A stretch of DNA of 63,384 nucleotides, filler included, from Octopus bimaculoides (GCF_001194135.2; 8 parts of 7 records of this genome joined end to end with filler, not necessarily neighbours in it); one strand, 5' to 3'; numbered from the whole stretch's first letter, positions 38,976-51,622 are shown. Made by a program: numbers and translations. Notes: generated by a model not told the origin, from the letters alone.

Positions 38976-39161
38976 AAGTTCAAACAGAAAATGAGTGGCG
39001 GACGACAAGGGAATGAAAGAGAAAGAAAGAAAGAAAGAAAGGAAGAAAGAAAGAAATAAATGAAGAAAGAAAGAAAGAAAGGAAGAAAGGAAGAAAGGAA
39101 ACAGGAAAAGACTAAGATTATTTATGAAGAGAAATATATGGTAGAAGTCAGAGTAATGCAG

Positions 39162-39245
<84 letters not shown>

Positions 39246-40055
39246 AAGTAAGAGACAGAAAGAAAGAAAGAAAGAAAATAAGTTCGAAGAGAGGATGGGT
39301 GGCAGACTATAGAATGAGAAAAGACAGAAAAGAAGGAAAGAAAGACGGTAAGAAAGAAAGAAAACGAGAAAAGACTACGAGTTATTCATGAAGAGAAAAA
39401 GAGTAGTGTTCCTGAGAGAGAGTGAGAGAGAGAGTGAGAGAGAGAGAGAGACAGACACACAGAGACAGACACAGACAGAGACAGACAGAGACAGACAGAC
39501 AGATTGAGAGGAACAGAGTGAGATGGAGAGAAAGAATGAGGGAGTGAGAGAGACTGACAGACAGACAAACAGATATGCAGAGGAAAAGTGAGAGAGAGAA
39601 ATAAAAAGGAAGGGTCGCTGAAAAAAATGACGTGAAGTTGAAGTCTCTCACACACACACATACACCCATACACTCACACACACACACAGAGTCGCACTAG
39701 TACATAAAACACGCAATCAGAGACAGAGGCATGTTTCTATCGTCTGCTTTTGTTCCTGTTTCAAGTCCTCTAATAAAGAAATGTTCCGCTGTTTAATTAA
39801 AATTAAGGTTGCACATTGAAAAAATGTTAAAAAAGACAGCAGCAATGATGACTGCACGAAGTCACGTGACAAACCTTTATAAAAAGAGTTGCATACTTTT
39901 ATTACTCTACTCAGAGAACGAGTTCTTAGAAACATTCATTCACTCCTCCTCCTCTTCCTCCTCCTCTTCANNNNNNNNNNNNNNNNNNNNNNNNNNNNNN
40001 NNNNNNNNNNNNNNNNNNNNCATCATCAACATCTACCACCACCAACACCACCACC

Positions 40056-40110
<55 letters not shown>

Positions 40111-42189
40111 CTACTACTACCTCCTTCTCATCATTTTCTACAACTTCTTCTTTCACTTCCTCCTACTTTTCTTCTTCTTCATCTGGTGGTAGAAAATACA
40201 ATGTAACAACTAAAACAAATGTTTCGATGTTAGGAATGTGTGATAATTGGAAGAATCGACATGAGCTTTGATGGTTAACAGCGCCAAGATTAAATCAACA
40301 TCACTCAACAACACCCCCAACAAGCTACATATGGCTAACAGGACACTCTTTCAAGTATCACTTCTACCAGCACAACAGTTCGTTTCGTCATCATCACTAG
40401 GAAAACACCACAACACTTTCAAAATATGTTTGGAAATTGAGAGACAAAGAAGAGGCTACTAATATTTTATAAGCATATGCATTCAAAATTCAAGTAACCT
40501 TTGCCTTATAGAGAAGTTTTACATTAGTGCTTCCTAAACATTGTAACTCTCGCCCCTATTTTTTACTAACACTTTTTCACCCACCTCTCCCAATTAGCAA
40601 ATATTATAAACATACTTGGTATATGTTTGGTTTTGTTTATTTACTTATTCACATTTCGAAATCCATTATTATTGTTCACGTTGTTGTTATTATTATTATC
40701 GTCATCGTCATCGTCCTTACTGTGGTTAATAAGCAGTTTATCATACTACTTCATTAAAAAGTTAATATTTAAAGGGAATACGAAACTAAAACAAAATCGA
40801 AGAAACACTACCTATGCCTCTATCACCCCACCGCTACCTTGTTCCTCAAAATCTATAAATTTTCCCGTCGCCTCTACCCCACGAGAGCAGCACCTCCTAC
40901 TTTCAGAACCACTGATATATATATATATATATANNNNNNNNNNNNNNNNNNNNNNNNNNNNNNNNNNNNNNNNNNNNNNNNNNNNNNNNNNNNNNNNNNN
41001 NNNNNNNNNNNNNNNNNNNNNNNNNNNNNNNNNNNNNNNNNNNNNNNNNNNNNNNNNNNNNNNNNNNNNNNNNNNNNNNNNNNNNNNNNNNNNNNNNNNN
41101 NNNNNNNNNNNNNNNNNNNNNNNNNNNNNNNNNNNNNNNNNNNNNNNNNNNNNNNNNNNNNNNNNNNNNNNNNNNNNNNNNNNNNNNNNNNNNNNNNNNN
41201 NNNNNNNNNNNNNNNNNNNNNNNNNNNNNNNNNNNNNNNNNNNNNNNNNNNNNNNNNNNNNNNNNNNNNNNNNNNNNNNNNNNNNNNNNNNNNNNNNNNN
41301 NNNNNNNNNNNNNNNNNNNNNNNNNNNNNNNNNNNNNNNNNNNNNNNNNNNNNNNNNNNNNNNNNNNNNNNNNNNNNNNNNNNNNNNNNNNNNNNNNNNN
41401 NNNNNNNNNNNNNNNNNNNNNNNNNNNNNNNNNNNNNNNNNNNNNNNNNNNNNNNNNNNNNNNNNNNNNNNNNNNNNNNNNNNNNNNNNNNNNNNNNNNN
41501 NNNNNNNNNNNNNNNNNNNNNNNNNNNNNNNNNNNNNNNNNNNNNNNNNNNNNNNNNNNNNNNNNNNNNNNNNNNNNNNNNNNNNNNNNNNNNNNNNNNN
41601 NNNNNNNNNNNNNNNNNNNNNNNNNNNNNNNNNNNNNNNNNNGTTTGATTCGTGCATCGATCAAAGCACCAACGAGGGGCGGAAGAACTGAAGGTAATAT
41701 AAAGGTTAAGAATAGGAAAATGGTTAAATGGAAAGTATATAAATTTTAGAAGCAAAAAATTTCACCAAAAAACAAAACAACAACAAAAAAACGACTAAAT
41801 AATAGAGCAAAGAAGAAGGCGCAGAGAAGAGCAGGAGTAGAAGTAAGAGTAGAAAGAATATTAACAAATATGGAGTCAGTATTATGGTGAATTTATGATG
41901 TAAATAAATGGGTTTAGTAGAATGAATTGTGTTCGTTTATTTAAGGTGAAGGTTGTTAAATTATTATGTAGGGTAAGCCGTGTAATCATTATCAGTTTAT
42001 ATTGAATTTTATAAATATTTATTGGTGCTACATTAAATTTTTTTTTATAGCTATAGATTTTATTGTAATCGAACCACAATTGATAGTTATATATCTATCT
42101 ATAGCTGTTTTGTGGTTCTAGGTTAGTAGATTTTTTTATGCTGTTAAGGGATGGGTTTTTGTTTTTTTTATATTTTTTCTTTGATGTTA

Positions 42190-42300
42190 GTGATGAATTA
42201 AATTTATTGCTGGTGTGGTTGCGTTGTAAGAATGTTTCGCTTCCCGGCCATATGGTTCCGGGTTCAGTCCCACTACGTGTAGCCCCTTGAGTATGTTGTT
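42190..42300 (+). mobile_element. Degenerate SINE family A head
   Basis: ATGGTTCCGGGTTCAGTCCCACTACGTG B-box region. Confidence 0.55.
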
Positions 42301-42356
42301 TCGACTATTGCCCCGGATCACACATACATGCGTATGTATGTATGTATGTATGTATG

Positions 42357-42396
<40 letters not shown>

Positions 42397-42404
42397 CATA
42401 TATT

Positions 42405-42573
42405 CTTTTATTCTTTTACTCGTTCCAGTCATTTGACTGCGGCCATGCTGGAGCACCGCTTTCAGTCGAGCAAATTGACCCCAGGACTTATTCTTTGTAA
42501 GCCTAGTACTTATTCTATCGGTGTCTTTTGCCGAACCGCTAAGTTACGAGGACGTAAACACACCAGCATCGAT
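42405..42573 (-). mobile_element. SINE family A 3' half
   Basis: CAGTCATTTGACTGCGGCCATGCTGGAGCACCGC...GCCGAACCGCTAAG. Further degenerate copies at ~10125, ~31000, ~34430(+), 45545-45780 and ~55150. Confidence 0.8.
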
Positions 42574-42674
42574 TNNNNNNNNNNNNNNNNNNNNNNNNNN
42601 NNNNNNNNNNNNNNNNNNTTAATTAATTAANNNNNNNNNNNNNNNNNNNNNNNNNNNNNNNNNNNNNNNNNNNN

Positions 42675-42737
<63 letters not shown>

Positions 42738-42749
42738 TAATAATAATAA

Positions 42750-42895
42750 TAACATCGAAAAATACCTTAGGAATGAGAACCCAGGTTCGAAATTTCCCCA
42801 AGATACCTGATGAAGGCTGGAGGGTATATCAGCCGAAACGTTGTGTTAACAACAAACAAGATGAGGACAAATATCCGTCAAATGTAAATAATGAG
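42750..42895 (+). mobile_element. Solo Penelope pseudo-LTR fragment following (AAT)n
   Basis: Near-identical to 54585-54622 plus 54966-55075 of the PLE at 54-55 kb. Confidence 0.75.
42803..42846 (+). ncRNA. Minimal type-I hammerhead ribozyme motif
   Basis: ATAC-CTGATGA-A-GGCTG(gagggtatat)CAGCC-GAAAC-GTT-GTGT: intact core boxes, 5-bp stem II and 4-bp stem I (one G.U). Stem III is reduced to the palindrome AACGTT. Activity is untested. Confidence 0.6.
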
Positions 42896-42962
42896 GATTA
42901 TAACGTTCTTAAATTACTTCCGACTCCCAGATAGATTAAGTCATTATCTTGCTGTACCCCAG

Positions 42963-42999
42963 TCTTTGTTCCATTAATGAAGACACGTAAAGTCTGGCA
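42963..42999 (+). CDS. Possible upstream 37-nt exon of the unidentified host gene (phase 1->2; FVPLMKTRKVW)
   Basis: Acceptor TCTTGCTGTACCCCAG and donor GTAAGT; phase-compatible with 48592. Splice-signal inference only. Confidence 0.25.
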
Positions 43000-44001
43000 G
43001 TAAGTTATTTGTTTATTTATCTTAACGGAAAAGATAGTCTCTTGCGATATGTGAGCCTGAACGTGTATCTGTAAGTTAAATATATATTGCATTCAATTCA
43101 AATGACAATTTAGAAATACTAACAAATATAAAATGTGATCGCCTCATACAGACAACCACAGAATATTTCAAAATCACTTTTGGAAACTTCAGATATAAAA
43201 TAATAATGAATCAGATAGAATTACAACTGGAACATAACAGGATATCAATGACGCAATCGACAGGCAGATACGAGATAATTACGACTCGACGGCCAATGAT
43301 TAAGCGATAAACAAATAACCCAAGCAAAACGGGATGATATTACACAATCGATTAAACAAAACCCAATGACAAGAGAGCTTAATGGCAAAACAAGAGTGTC
43401 AGAAAGATAAACAATGACAGATAAACAATGACAGATAAACAATATGAGAAAGATAATGTTCAAACGAAGATCTGTTGATTCCTGTTTATAAGAAACAACA
43501 AAAACAAGGTCTACTGACCGATGCAGACGGACAAATGAAAGCGATTTTACAGATATGAACAGCAGCAGAGTGTATATAACCAGGGTGACACCGAAAACAG
43601 ATAGTTCTTAGTGATGGTCACGGAAACTTGAATCGTGAGGAAATGAATACGGTTTAAATAAATGTATTGTGTGCAGTCTTCGTCTTTTGTAGACAAATAG
43701 CGAATTTAAATGTAAGTCTTTCTAACCAACCCCGACCGTTACTCCTGAGCAAGTGTAAGCAGGTAACATGTACCATGCACTCACTAATTATTTCAGGTAC
43801 CTGTATAGTCAGGAACAATCATAGATTAATCTCTCGGTCGTCTTGAAGATGGAGAACGAGAAGACTGCGTCACCATTAGGCGGCTGGTACTCATTTTCAG
43901 CTCGTTGAAATGAAACGTGTAACACATCAACCGGTCCACGATTTGAACTTGATGCATTTTAGTTGTGAGCCCAATGCCATAACCACAAGGCCACGCGACT
44001 T

Positions 44002-44040
<39 letters not shown>

Positions 44041-44537
44041 NNNNNNNNNNNNNNNNNNNNNNNNNNNNNNNNNNNNNNNNNNNNNNNNNNNNNNNNNNNN
44101 NNNNNNNNNNNNNNNNNNNNNNNNNNNNNNNNNNNNNNNNNNNNNNNNNNNNNNNNNNNNNNNNNNNNNNNNNNNNNNNNNNNNNNNNNNNNNNNNNNNN
44201 NNNNNNNNNNNNNNNNNNNNNNNNNNNNNNNNNNNNNNNNNNNNNNNNNNNNNNNNNNNNNNNNNNNNNNNNNNNNNNNNNNNNNNNNNNNNNNNNNNNN
44301 NNNNNNNNNNNNNNNNNNNNNNNNNNNNNNNNNNNNNNNNNNNNNNNNNNNNNNNNNNNNNNNNNNNNNNNNNNNNNNNNNNNNNNNNNNNNNNNNNNNN
44401 NNNNNNNNNNNNNNNNNNNNNNNNNNNNNNNNNNNNNNNNNNNNNNNNNNNNNNNNNNNNNNNNNNNNNNNNNNNNNNNNNNNNNNNNNNNNNNNNNNNN
44501 NNNNNNNNNNNNNNNNNNNNNNNNNNNNNNNNNNNNN

Positions 44538-44576
<39 letters not shown>

Positions 44577-46536
44577 GTATGTATTTATATATACACAAAT
44601 AGACACACACATACGCACTCACATACATATGTACGTATCCCAAACTATATTTATACTACATTCGACCGAAATCACAGTAATAGCTCTATAAATAGAAACT
44701 GATAAACTTATATAAATATAAGTATTTAAGTTGTGTAAAAAAATAATTCTCGAATCGTTGTAAAAACATCAAGAATTATAATTATCGATCCAGAAATATA
44801 ATTTTCTCATTTTGTTTTCTCATGATATTAAGATAGATTAAACGATAATCCGATTATACGGGGCGCGCACTTTATTTGTAATTAATATACAGTCGTATAA
44901 TAATAAGTTTGAAAAATCGTGTAATGAAGCCAGAAAAGTGCCGAGAGTCAATTTAAAATTTATTTATTTATTTAAAATATGGTTTTGAAACTAGAATCGC
45001 GAGAAATGAGAAAACGGCGAAATATGCAATATCGCCGTCAGAGTTATCTCCCTTAGACTATTTCTCTGTCTTCGCTCTTTGACCGTCCACACACGCACCT
45101 TGTCAGGCGCGCGTGCGTCACACAAGCACGCTTCACTCGGATGCTGCACGACCTTCGTTCATACAAGGCTTTGAGCGTGGGTGTCTTTGTGTTCTCTCTA
45201 TCTCTTTCTTTTTCTCCCTCCGTCTTTTTCTCTCTTACTCTCTCTCTCCCCTTCTGTCTTTCTCTTCCTTTCCCTCTCTCCCTCCTTTTCTCTCTTACTC
45301 TCTCTCTCTCTCTTTCTCCCCTTCTGTCTTTCTCTTTCTTTCCCGCTCTTTCTCTTTCTCTCTTATTCTCTCCTCTTTCTCTGTTTCTCTTTCTTTCTTT
45401 CTCTCTCTCACTCTCTTTCTCCCCTCTCTCTCTTTCTGTCTTTCTCTTTCCCTCTCTGTCTCTGTCTCTCTCTCTCTCGCTCCCTCTCTCAGTCTGTGTT
45501 TATCTTTATTGTTTTCTGTTATCTTCCTTTTACTTGTTTCTCTCAGCAGACCGTGGCCATGCTGGGGCACTGCCTCGTTGAACGAATCGAGCCCAGGACT
45601 TAATTGTTTTAAAACCTGGTACTTATTCTACAGGGCTTTTTGCCGAACCGCTAAGTCATAGGGGACGTAAACAAACCAACACAAAACACAGACACCAAGG
45701 CTATAAATAGTCACGCATTAGGACTGAACTCAGAACCAGGTGGTTGGGAAGCAAGTTTCTTACCACAAAGCCACGCATGTCTTCTATTTTTTATTATTAT
45801 TGCTATTATTTATTATTATTTCAGTCATTTTACTGCGCCCAGGCTGGTGCATGGTCACTAAAGAGATTTTAATGGAATACATCGACGAAATATTTATTGT
45901 TTTTAAGTCCGAGTCTTATTTTATCGGGGTTTTTTTTTTCTTTTATGCCGAATCAATTTTAAGGGGACAGAAACAAACCAACGCTGAATGTCAAGAGATG
46001 GAAGGGGACCAAACACAGACACACATACATGCATATACACACGCACACATATACACACGCATATATACATACATACATACATGAATACACACACACATGC
46101 ATACACACACACACACACATACACACACACACACACATAATAAACACAAAATTCTGTCCGTCCGTCCGTCTGGGACCCCTGTATCTCAGACTACATTTGC
46201 TCTACATAGATATACCTATTTGGAATGAAGATGATCCTGGTGTTAAAAATCTTCCCCTCGTTTGTTTCTTGAACATCTAACATTAGAATCAGGTCTGGAT
46301 GTGGTGTTGTTATGTGCTGACAGTTGGAAATTCAAGTTTCAAAAGAATTTCAAAAATTTGTCAGCTCACAAGTTTTTCGTTTAAACTGGATTAAAAGCAA
46401 AACTAAAACTTCGTGAATTTAAAAGATATTTTCAGTTCAGTTCATTTAAAACTAGATCCAAGTTAGAATGAGAGGTTTCGAAGTTCCGCGGAGTTTGTGA
46501 ATTGAAGTGCTCGGACGGAAATACTGAAGGACTCGA

Positions 46537-46616
46537 ACTTTCGGCCCAAATCGGACTTTCGGCCCAAATCGGATTTCCGCCCAAATCGGACTTTCGGCCC
46601 AAATCGGACTTTCGGC
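46537..46616. repeat. 18-bp tandem repeat ACTTTCGGCCCAAATCGG, about 4.5 copies
   Basis: Direct inspection. Confidence 0.9.
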
Positions 46617-46619
46617 AGA

Positions 46620-47419
46620 GTCAGTTTATTCAGAGACCTGAATGCTGGAAGATTTGCCGCTCAGCTGCTGGATCTGTGAAATGGAAGCATCCAGCAAGAC
46701 TGTAATGGAGACATCACTCTTCCAAATGGTTGAGGCATTTTGGTCAAAACTGTAGGAGAGTTGATTACCAAGGTTTACCCAAAGATTGGACATAATTTTC
46801 AAGATCAGGATTGGCTTTGTCAAAGAGCCATACTTGCACCAGAGGATGAAACTGCCCAGGCTGTCAGTTAGAAACTTATGCAATCAATCAATACTGATGA
46901 AAAAAATTATTTCTCAGTTGATACTTTGTGGACCCCAATGAGGCTGTGAAATACCCTTCTGAGTTTCTTAACTCTTTCGATCCTTTTGGAATGCCTTCTC
47001 ACAAACTGACATTGAAGAAAGGAGTTCCAGTCATTCTTTTGAGAATTCTGGATCCCTCAAAGTTGTGCAATGGAACAAGACTGATTGTCAGGCAAATGCA
47101 TCCACATCTTTTGGAAGCAACAATCCTCACTGGACAAGGAAAGGGAGAAAATGGGATTATTCCAAGAATTCCACTGATTCCAGCAGACATGGCCTTTGGA
47201 TTCAAGAGACTTCAATTTCCAGTAAAAGTTGGTTTTGCAATGTCAGTTAACAAGGGTCAAAGGGCAATCATTGAAAATTGCTGGACTTCACCTCATGCAG
47301 TGCAGTGCTTTTCCCATGGTCAGCTCTATGTTGGTTGTTCCAGAAACGGCAACAATCTCTCCATACTCACGCCAAATGGTAAAACCAGGAATGTTGTTTG
47401 TCTTGGTGCTTTACAGTGA
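46620..47419 (+). mobile_element. Helitron Rep/Hel C-terminal PIF1-family helicase fragment (frameshifted pseudogene)
   Basis: ORF 46928..47419 YPSEFLNS..P.GMPSHKLTLKKGVPVILLR.LDP.KLCNGTRL...IPRIPLIP...FKRLQFPVKVGFAMSVNKGQ, then SHGQLYVGCSR. Confidence 0.9.
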
Positions 47420-48448
47420 TCTTCAAAATACCACAATCATACACAATTCTCCAAATGGGATACTCTGTGATATAAATCTGAAATGGTAAGGTACCAATAG
47501 ATGTTTTATTATTGTTTCTGTCTTTAGTTTTGGGTCGCAAAATGAGGGCGGGTGCTGGCCAGCCCTGTTTATACTAAAATAAGAGTTAAATTTACTCCAA
47601 AACCACAAATCATTCTAACACAATGATTGACAAAAGGTATTTGGCTGGTATTTTATTTAAACGAATCCGGACACCAATAAAGAGCCGGACCACAAACAGG
47701 AAAGTATTTCGTCCGTATAAGCACATGGTAAGATGCTTTGAAGATCGAAATACGATCGATTATATCCTCCTGGATATTTGATTGATTCTTATGTCCTTCT
47801 CTTCCAATAGATGCCGGACAAATTCTAACATTTTGTCGATGTATTTCTGTGAAATTATAATAAAAATAATAATATTAAAATTCGTTAATTTTTTTTTCTC
47901 CCAAATTCCGACAGCGCCATTGTCTGCCCTGAAATTCTCTTTCATTCTCGGCGTCAGAAATTTATTCAACGCAAAAATGGCTACTGCACCAAAAATGTCA
48001 AAGAACAACCTAATAGAATTAACCAACACCACAAAAATCTCATCAATTCTCTCAGACTTTATCTTCTCTCAAATTCTTTTTCATATGACACCCACCCACT
48101 TCACTTTCTTTCTTTCTTTCTTTCTTTCTCTCATTACGAGATTTTCTCTTTCATTTTCTTTATTCTCTCTTTTCATATTATTTTCATTCACTATAACTTT
48201 CCCACCCCTCTCTCTCTCTCTTACTCTCTATCTTTTNNNNNNNNNNNNNNNNNNNNNNNNNNNNNNNNNNNNNNNNNNNNTTAATTAATTAANNNNNNNN
48301 NNNNNNNNNNNNNNNNNNNNNNNNNNNNNNNNNNNNTTTTTTCCTTCCCACTCCCAAAAAGAAAAGCTCTACATTGTATTTGTCTCATCTTCGTTGAGCC
48401 CTGTGTGGCTAATAAAAGAAATGTATCTAAATAGATAGATTGACATAC

Positions 48449-48480
<32 letters not shown>

Positions 48481-48591
48481 TAGTGCTGCCACTCCGAAAT
48501 TTGTTTACAGTGAGTCACCGATTTCTACTCCCAGTCATTGTACGATGACTAGAATATCATACGGAAGACAATCTCTCTAATCAACTTGCAG

Positions 48592-48686
48592 CGAACCTTG
48601 TCGGGTTTCTTTGATTGAAGAGGACATAACCACTCTGAAATGCTTCCGAGCTGCTGATTTCGGTATATTTACGCCAATTGTCTACA
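48592..48686 (+). CDS. Possible 95-nt exon (phase 2->1; EPCRVSLIEEDITTLKCFRAADFGIFTPIVY)
   Basis: Branch-like CTAAT, acceptor CTTGCAG, an open frame and donor GTGAGA; inference only. Confidence 0.35.
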
Positions 48687-49184
48687 GTGAGAAACTTTTA
48701 TTATGACAAAAGCACAGTGAATAGTTTTCGTACGGGTTCGAACGTGCCTCAAGTGTAATTGAAATGATGATAACCTTGCATATATATATATATATATATA
48801 TATGATTACCTCACATGTATGGTCCACGCTAATAATAGTTTCCCGCACATGGAACCCATGTACGTTCTTCAGGCGGCAGCCATACCATCGAACTTAAGCA
48901 GTTTAAATACTGGACCGAATTTAAAAACGGGGCGAAAGAAACCCAATAGTGGAACGGATTATGCGGAGGATACCATTAGGTTGACTATGCAGAATGTAAA
49001 TCTCGAAATGCCACGACCGAATGCTGTAAAATAGGATGGAAAAACTTTTTGGGAAAAAATATTTTTATCACCATTTTTTTAATAAGAAATGTAAGGGATG
49101 ATAGAGCAGTTTTAAAAATGGGGTATGTACAAATAATATATGAAACGTATAATATAAGGAGAATATGTTTTTTAAAAACAATCA

Positions 49185-49478
49185 TTGGTCCACAGCTCTT
49201 CAATATCCTCCCGAAGGACCTGAGAGACCTGCATGCGGTGGATGTAGGTGTCTTCAAGACAAGGCTGGACCTCTTCATGTCAGGTGTCCCAGATGAACCA
49301 ACTTCACGGCAGGAGGCGCAGATGAGAGCAGCTGCATCAAACTCTCTCATGCACCAAATGTCAATTCCTGAAGTAAAATTCATGAAGTAGAATTGTGTAG
49401 CAACACCAAATGGCGGTCCCCCAGCATGGCCACAGCTCATGAGCTGAAACTAGATAAAATGAAAATGAAATGAAAATT
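49185..49478 (+). mobile_element. CR1-like LINE 3' end with (GAAAT)-type tail
   Basis: GPQLFNILPKDLRDLHAVDVGVFKTRLDLFMSGVPDEP...RAAASNSL (ORF 49049..49390), followed by the tail GGCGGTCCCCCAGCATGGCCACAGCTCATGAGCTGAAAC. Confidence 0.8.
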
Positions 49479-49479
49479 G

Positions 49480-50070
49480 GCAAGAAATTCCTCGCGCTTT
49501 TATATAAGCACTTGCCAGATGACCATATCTTCAGGAAATTGTTCAATAGGAATTCGGTGAAGCTTTTAAATAGTTGCTGTTCTAATATGAAAAGCATTAT
49601 CACACGAAGTAAATGTCAGAAGATTGAAGCTGGCTGCAATGTTTCGTGAACCTGAGTCTTGCCCGCTTGATAAACAATGCATGACAGAATCAGTTATATA
49701 CGGGGCTGATGGGATTGCAACCTCCAGCAACAATAACATAATCGATAAAACATATATCGAGTTATGTGAAGGGGCGTTCAAGAAACGTTATGCAAATCAT
49801 TTATCACCATTCCATTAGAGCGAGAAATGCAATACTACGCAGCTGATCAGCCATGTTTGGGAACTGAAACGTAAGAAAATACCACACATGATTAGATAGA
49901 AGATTATAGAAAAATCTACACCATACATAAATGGTTCTAATAAATGCAGGCTGTGTTTGTCAGAAAGGGCACATATCCTATTTAGATCCAAGATACCAAA
50001 CCCGATCTTAAAGTCACCATCCGCGATTTGTAGTAGTAGAAAACATGAAAAAAATTCTTTAAAAAAATTG
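49480..50070 (+). mobile_element. Penelope-like element linker and GIY-YIG endonuclease remnant (probably Neptune/Naiad type)
   Basis: KKFLALLYKHLPDDHIFRKLFNRNSVK.., CPLDKQCMTESVIY...TYIELCEGAFKKRYANH, then HVWELK...KCRLCLSERAHI, with stops and frameshifts. Confidence 0.8.
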
Positions 50071-50476
50071 GAAGATACTACCCCTTCCCGACGAATTGGT
50101 CAACATTTGATTTTGTTACATATATTTCATGTTAGCATATCTTCTCATATTCATATTTTTATTACTTTTTATTTTATTATATTTCGAATATTTTATATTT
50201 CGATATATATTTTAATACATATAGTTGTGTGCGTGTGAGTTTATGGGTGTGTGTATGTATGTATATGTGTATACGTATACACATATACATTCATACATAC
50301 ACACATAGACACACACATCTATCTATATAATCCAAGTTTCATGACTATCACCCCGTTAAATGACCTTACGAAGAGTAAACATTCTAAATAATAAGAAGAA
50401 GACAAAGAAAATTCTTTAACATATCTTTAATGATTCGTTATAATTGTGTCTGTACAAGCTCTACTTGCAATTCCAG

Positions 50477-50496
50477 TTTGCGCATGCTGTCACACT
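50477..50496 (+). CDS. Speculative 20-nt micro-exon (phase 1->0; CACCHT)
   Basis: TTCCAG acceptor and GTATGT donor; it bridges the phases between 48686 and 51140 but could be chance. Confidence 0.15.
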
Positions 50497-50872
50497 GTAT
50501 GTCTTCCAAACCAAGTTTGTTTGGTTTATATTGATGGAAGGAAAGATAATAAATATGATTCCCCGGCCAACATAATCTCTATCCTACTTACTGATCCCAT
50601 AAACACACATTTAAAATTTTTTATTCCCCGCAACTTTTAAGCCCCCCCCCCTCCAAAAGTCTAGAAGACGCACAATGTGACAGCACACCTTTGATGCAAG
50701 TCTGAAGAAGTGCTACTCTAATGTCTAAAACCGCAAACATTATGTACATTTTTACTTCGAAACCTTGCGTAAACTTGCGTTGCTTGTACAGTTGGTACGG
50801 GAACAATCGTAGCAAATCATCGAAAATGTGTTAAATAATTTTCTTTGCCTTCTTCTCCTCTTCTTATCTGAA

Positions 50873-50930
<58 letters not shown>

Positions 50931-50971
50931 CCTACCTACCTACCTACCTACCTACCTACCTACCTACCTAC

Positions 50972-51027
<56 letters not shown>

Positions 51028-51139
51028 ATACATACATACTACAACTTGAACAACTTAATGTGTGCTCGTTTAATTATGTGTATGTGCTTGCATGTAGCTA
51101 TATGTCAGTATATGATCAGATAATGAGATGATCTACTAG

Positions 51140-51197
51140 TATGGATCTTCGGTGACTGAACTGAATACACCAATCCACGGTTTCACTCTGGTGTATG
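51140..51197 (+). CDS. Candidate exon of unidentified host gene (phase 0->1; YGSSVTELNTPIHGFTLVY)
   Basis: Strong donor G|GTGAGT and an open frame; the acceptor (CTACTAG) is weak. Confidence 0.45.
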
Positions 51198-51350
51198 GTG
51201 AGTAGATGGATAGCCTTATATGGCAAGAAAAGAATAAATTTAACAGCAAAGGCTGAGAAGATCAATAAGGAATCAACAGCTATTTATCAAACTCACAAAG
51301 GGAGCAATGTCTCCTCAAGACTTTTGGAACTAACATTAATGTTTTTTCAG

Positions 51351-51387
51351 CTGTACCTGTTCCTCTCTATGATCTCGGAAAACTCAG
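51351..51387 (+). CDS. Candidate 37-nt exon (phase 1->2; AVPVPLYDLGKL)
   Basis: Branch CTAAC, TTTTTTCAG acceptor and CAG|GTGAGA donor. Confidence 0.6.
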
Positions 51388-51531
51388 GTGAGAGAAGCTT
51401 GTTTTAAGTAACTCAAACTGGCTTAAATTAATTCTAGATAGAATTATGACCAAGTGCTATCATGTCGGAAACGACAGACTCGTTACCATACACACACACA
51501 CAAACACACACACACACACATACACACACAC

Positions 51532-51622
<91 letters not shown>

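Noticed and set aside
46537-46616. CRISPR-like array (also considered for the 30-bp, 65-bp and satellite repeats)
   Set aside because: There are no unique spacers and no cas genes, and the context is eukaryotic.
47546-47580. Helitron 3' terminus (GCTGGCCAGC palindrome)
   Set aside because: No CTRR/CTAG end follows at the expected distance, so it is unsupported.
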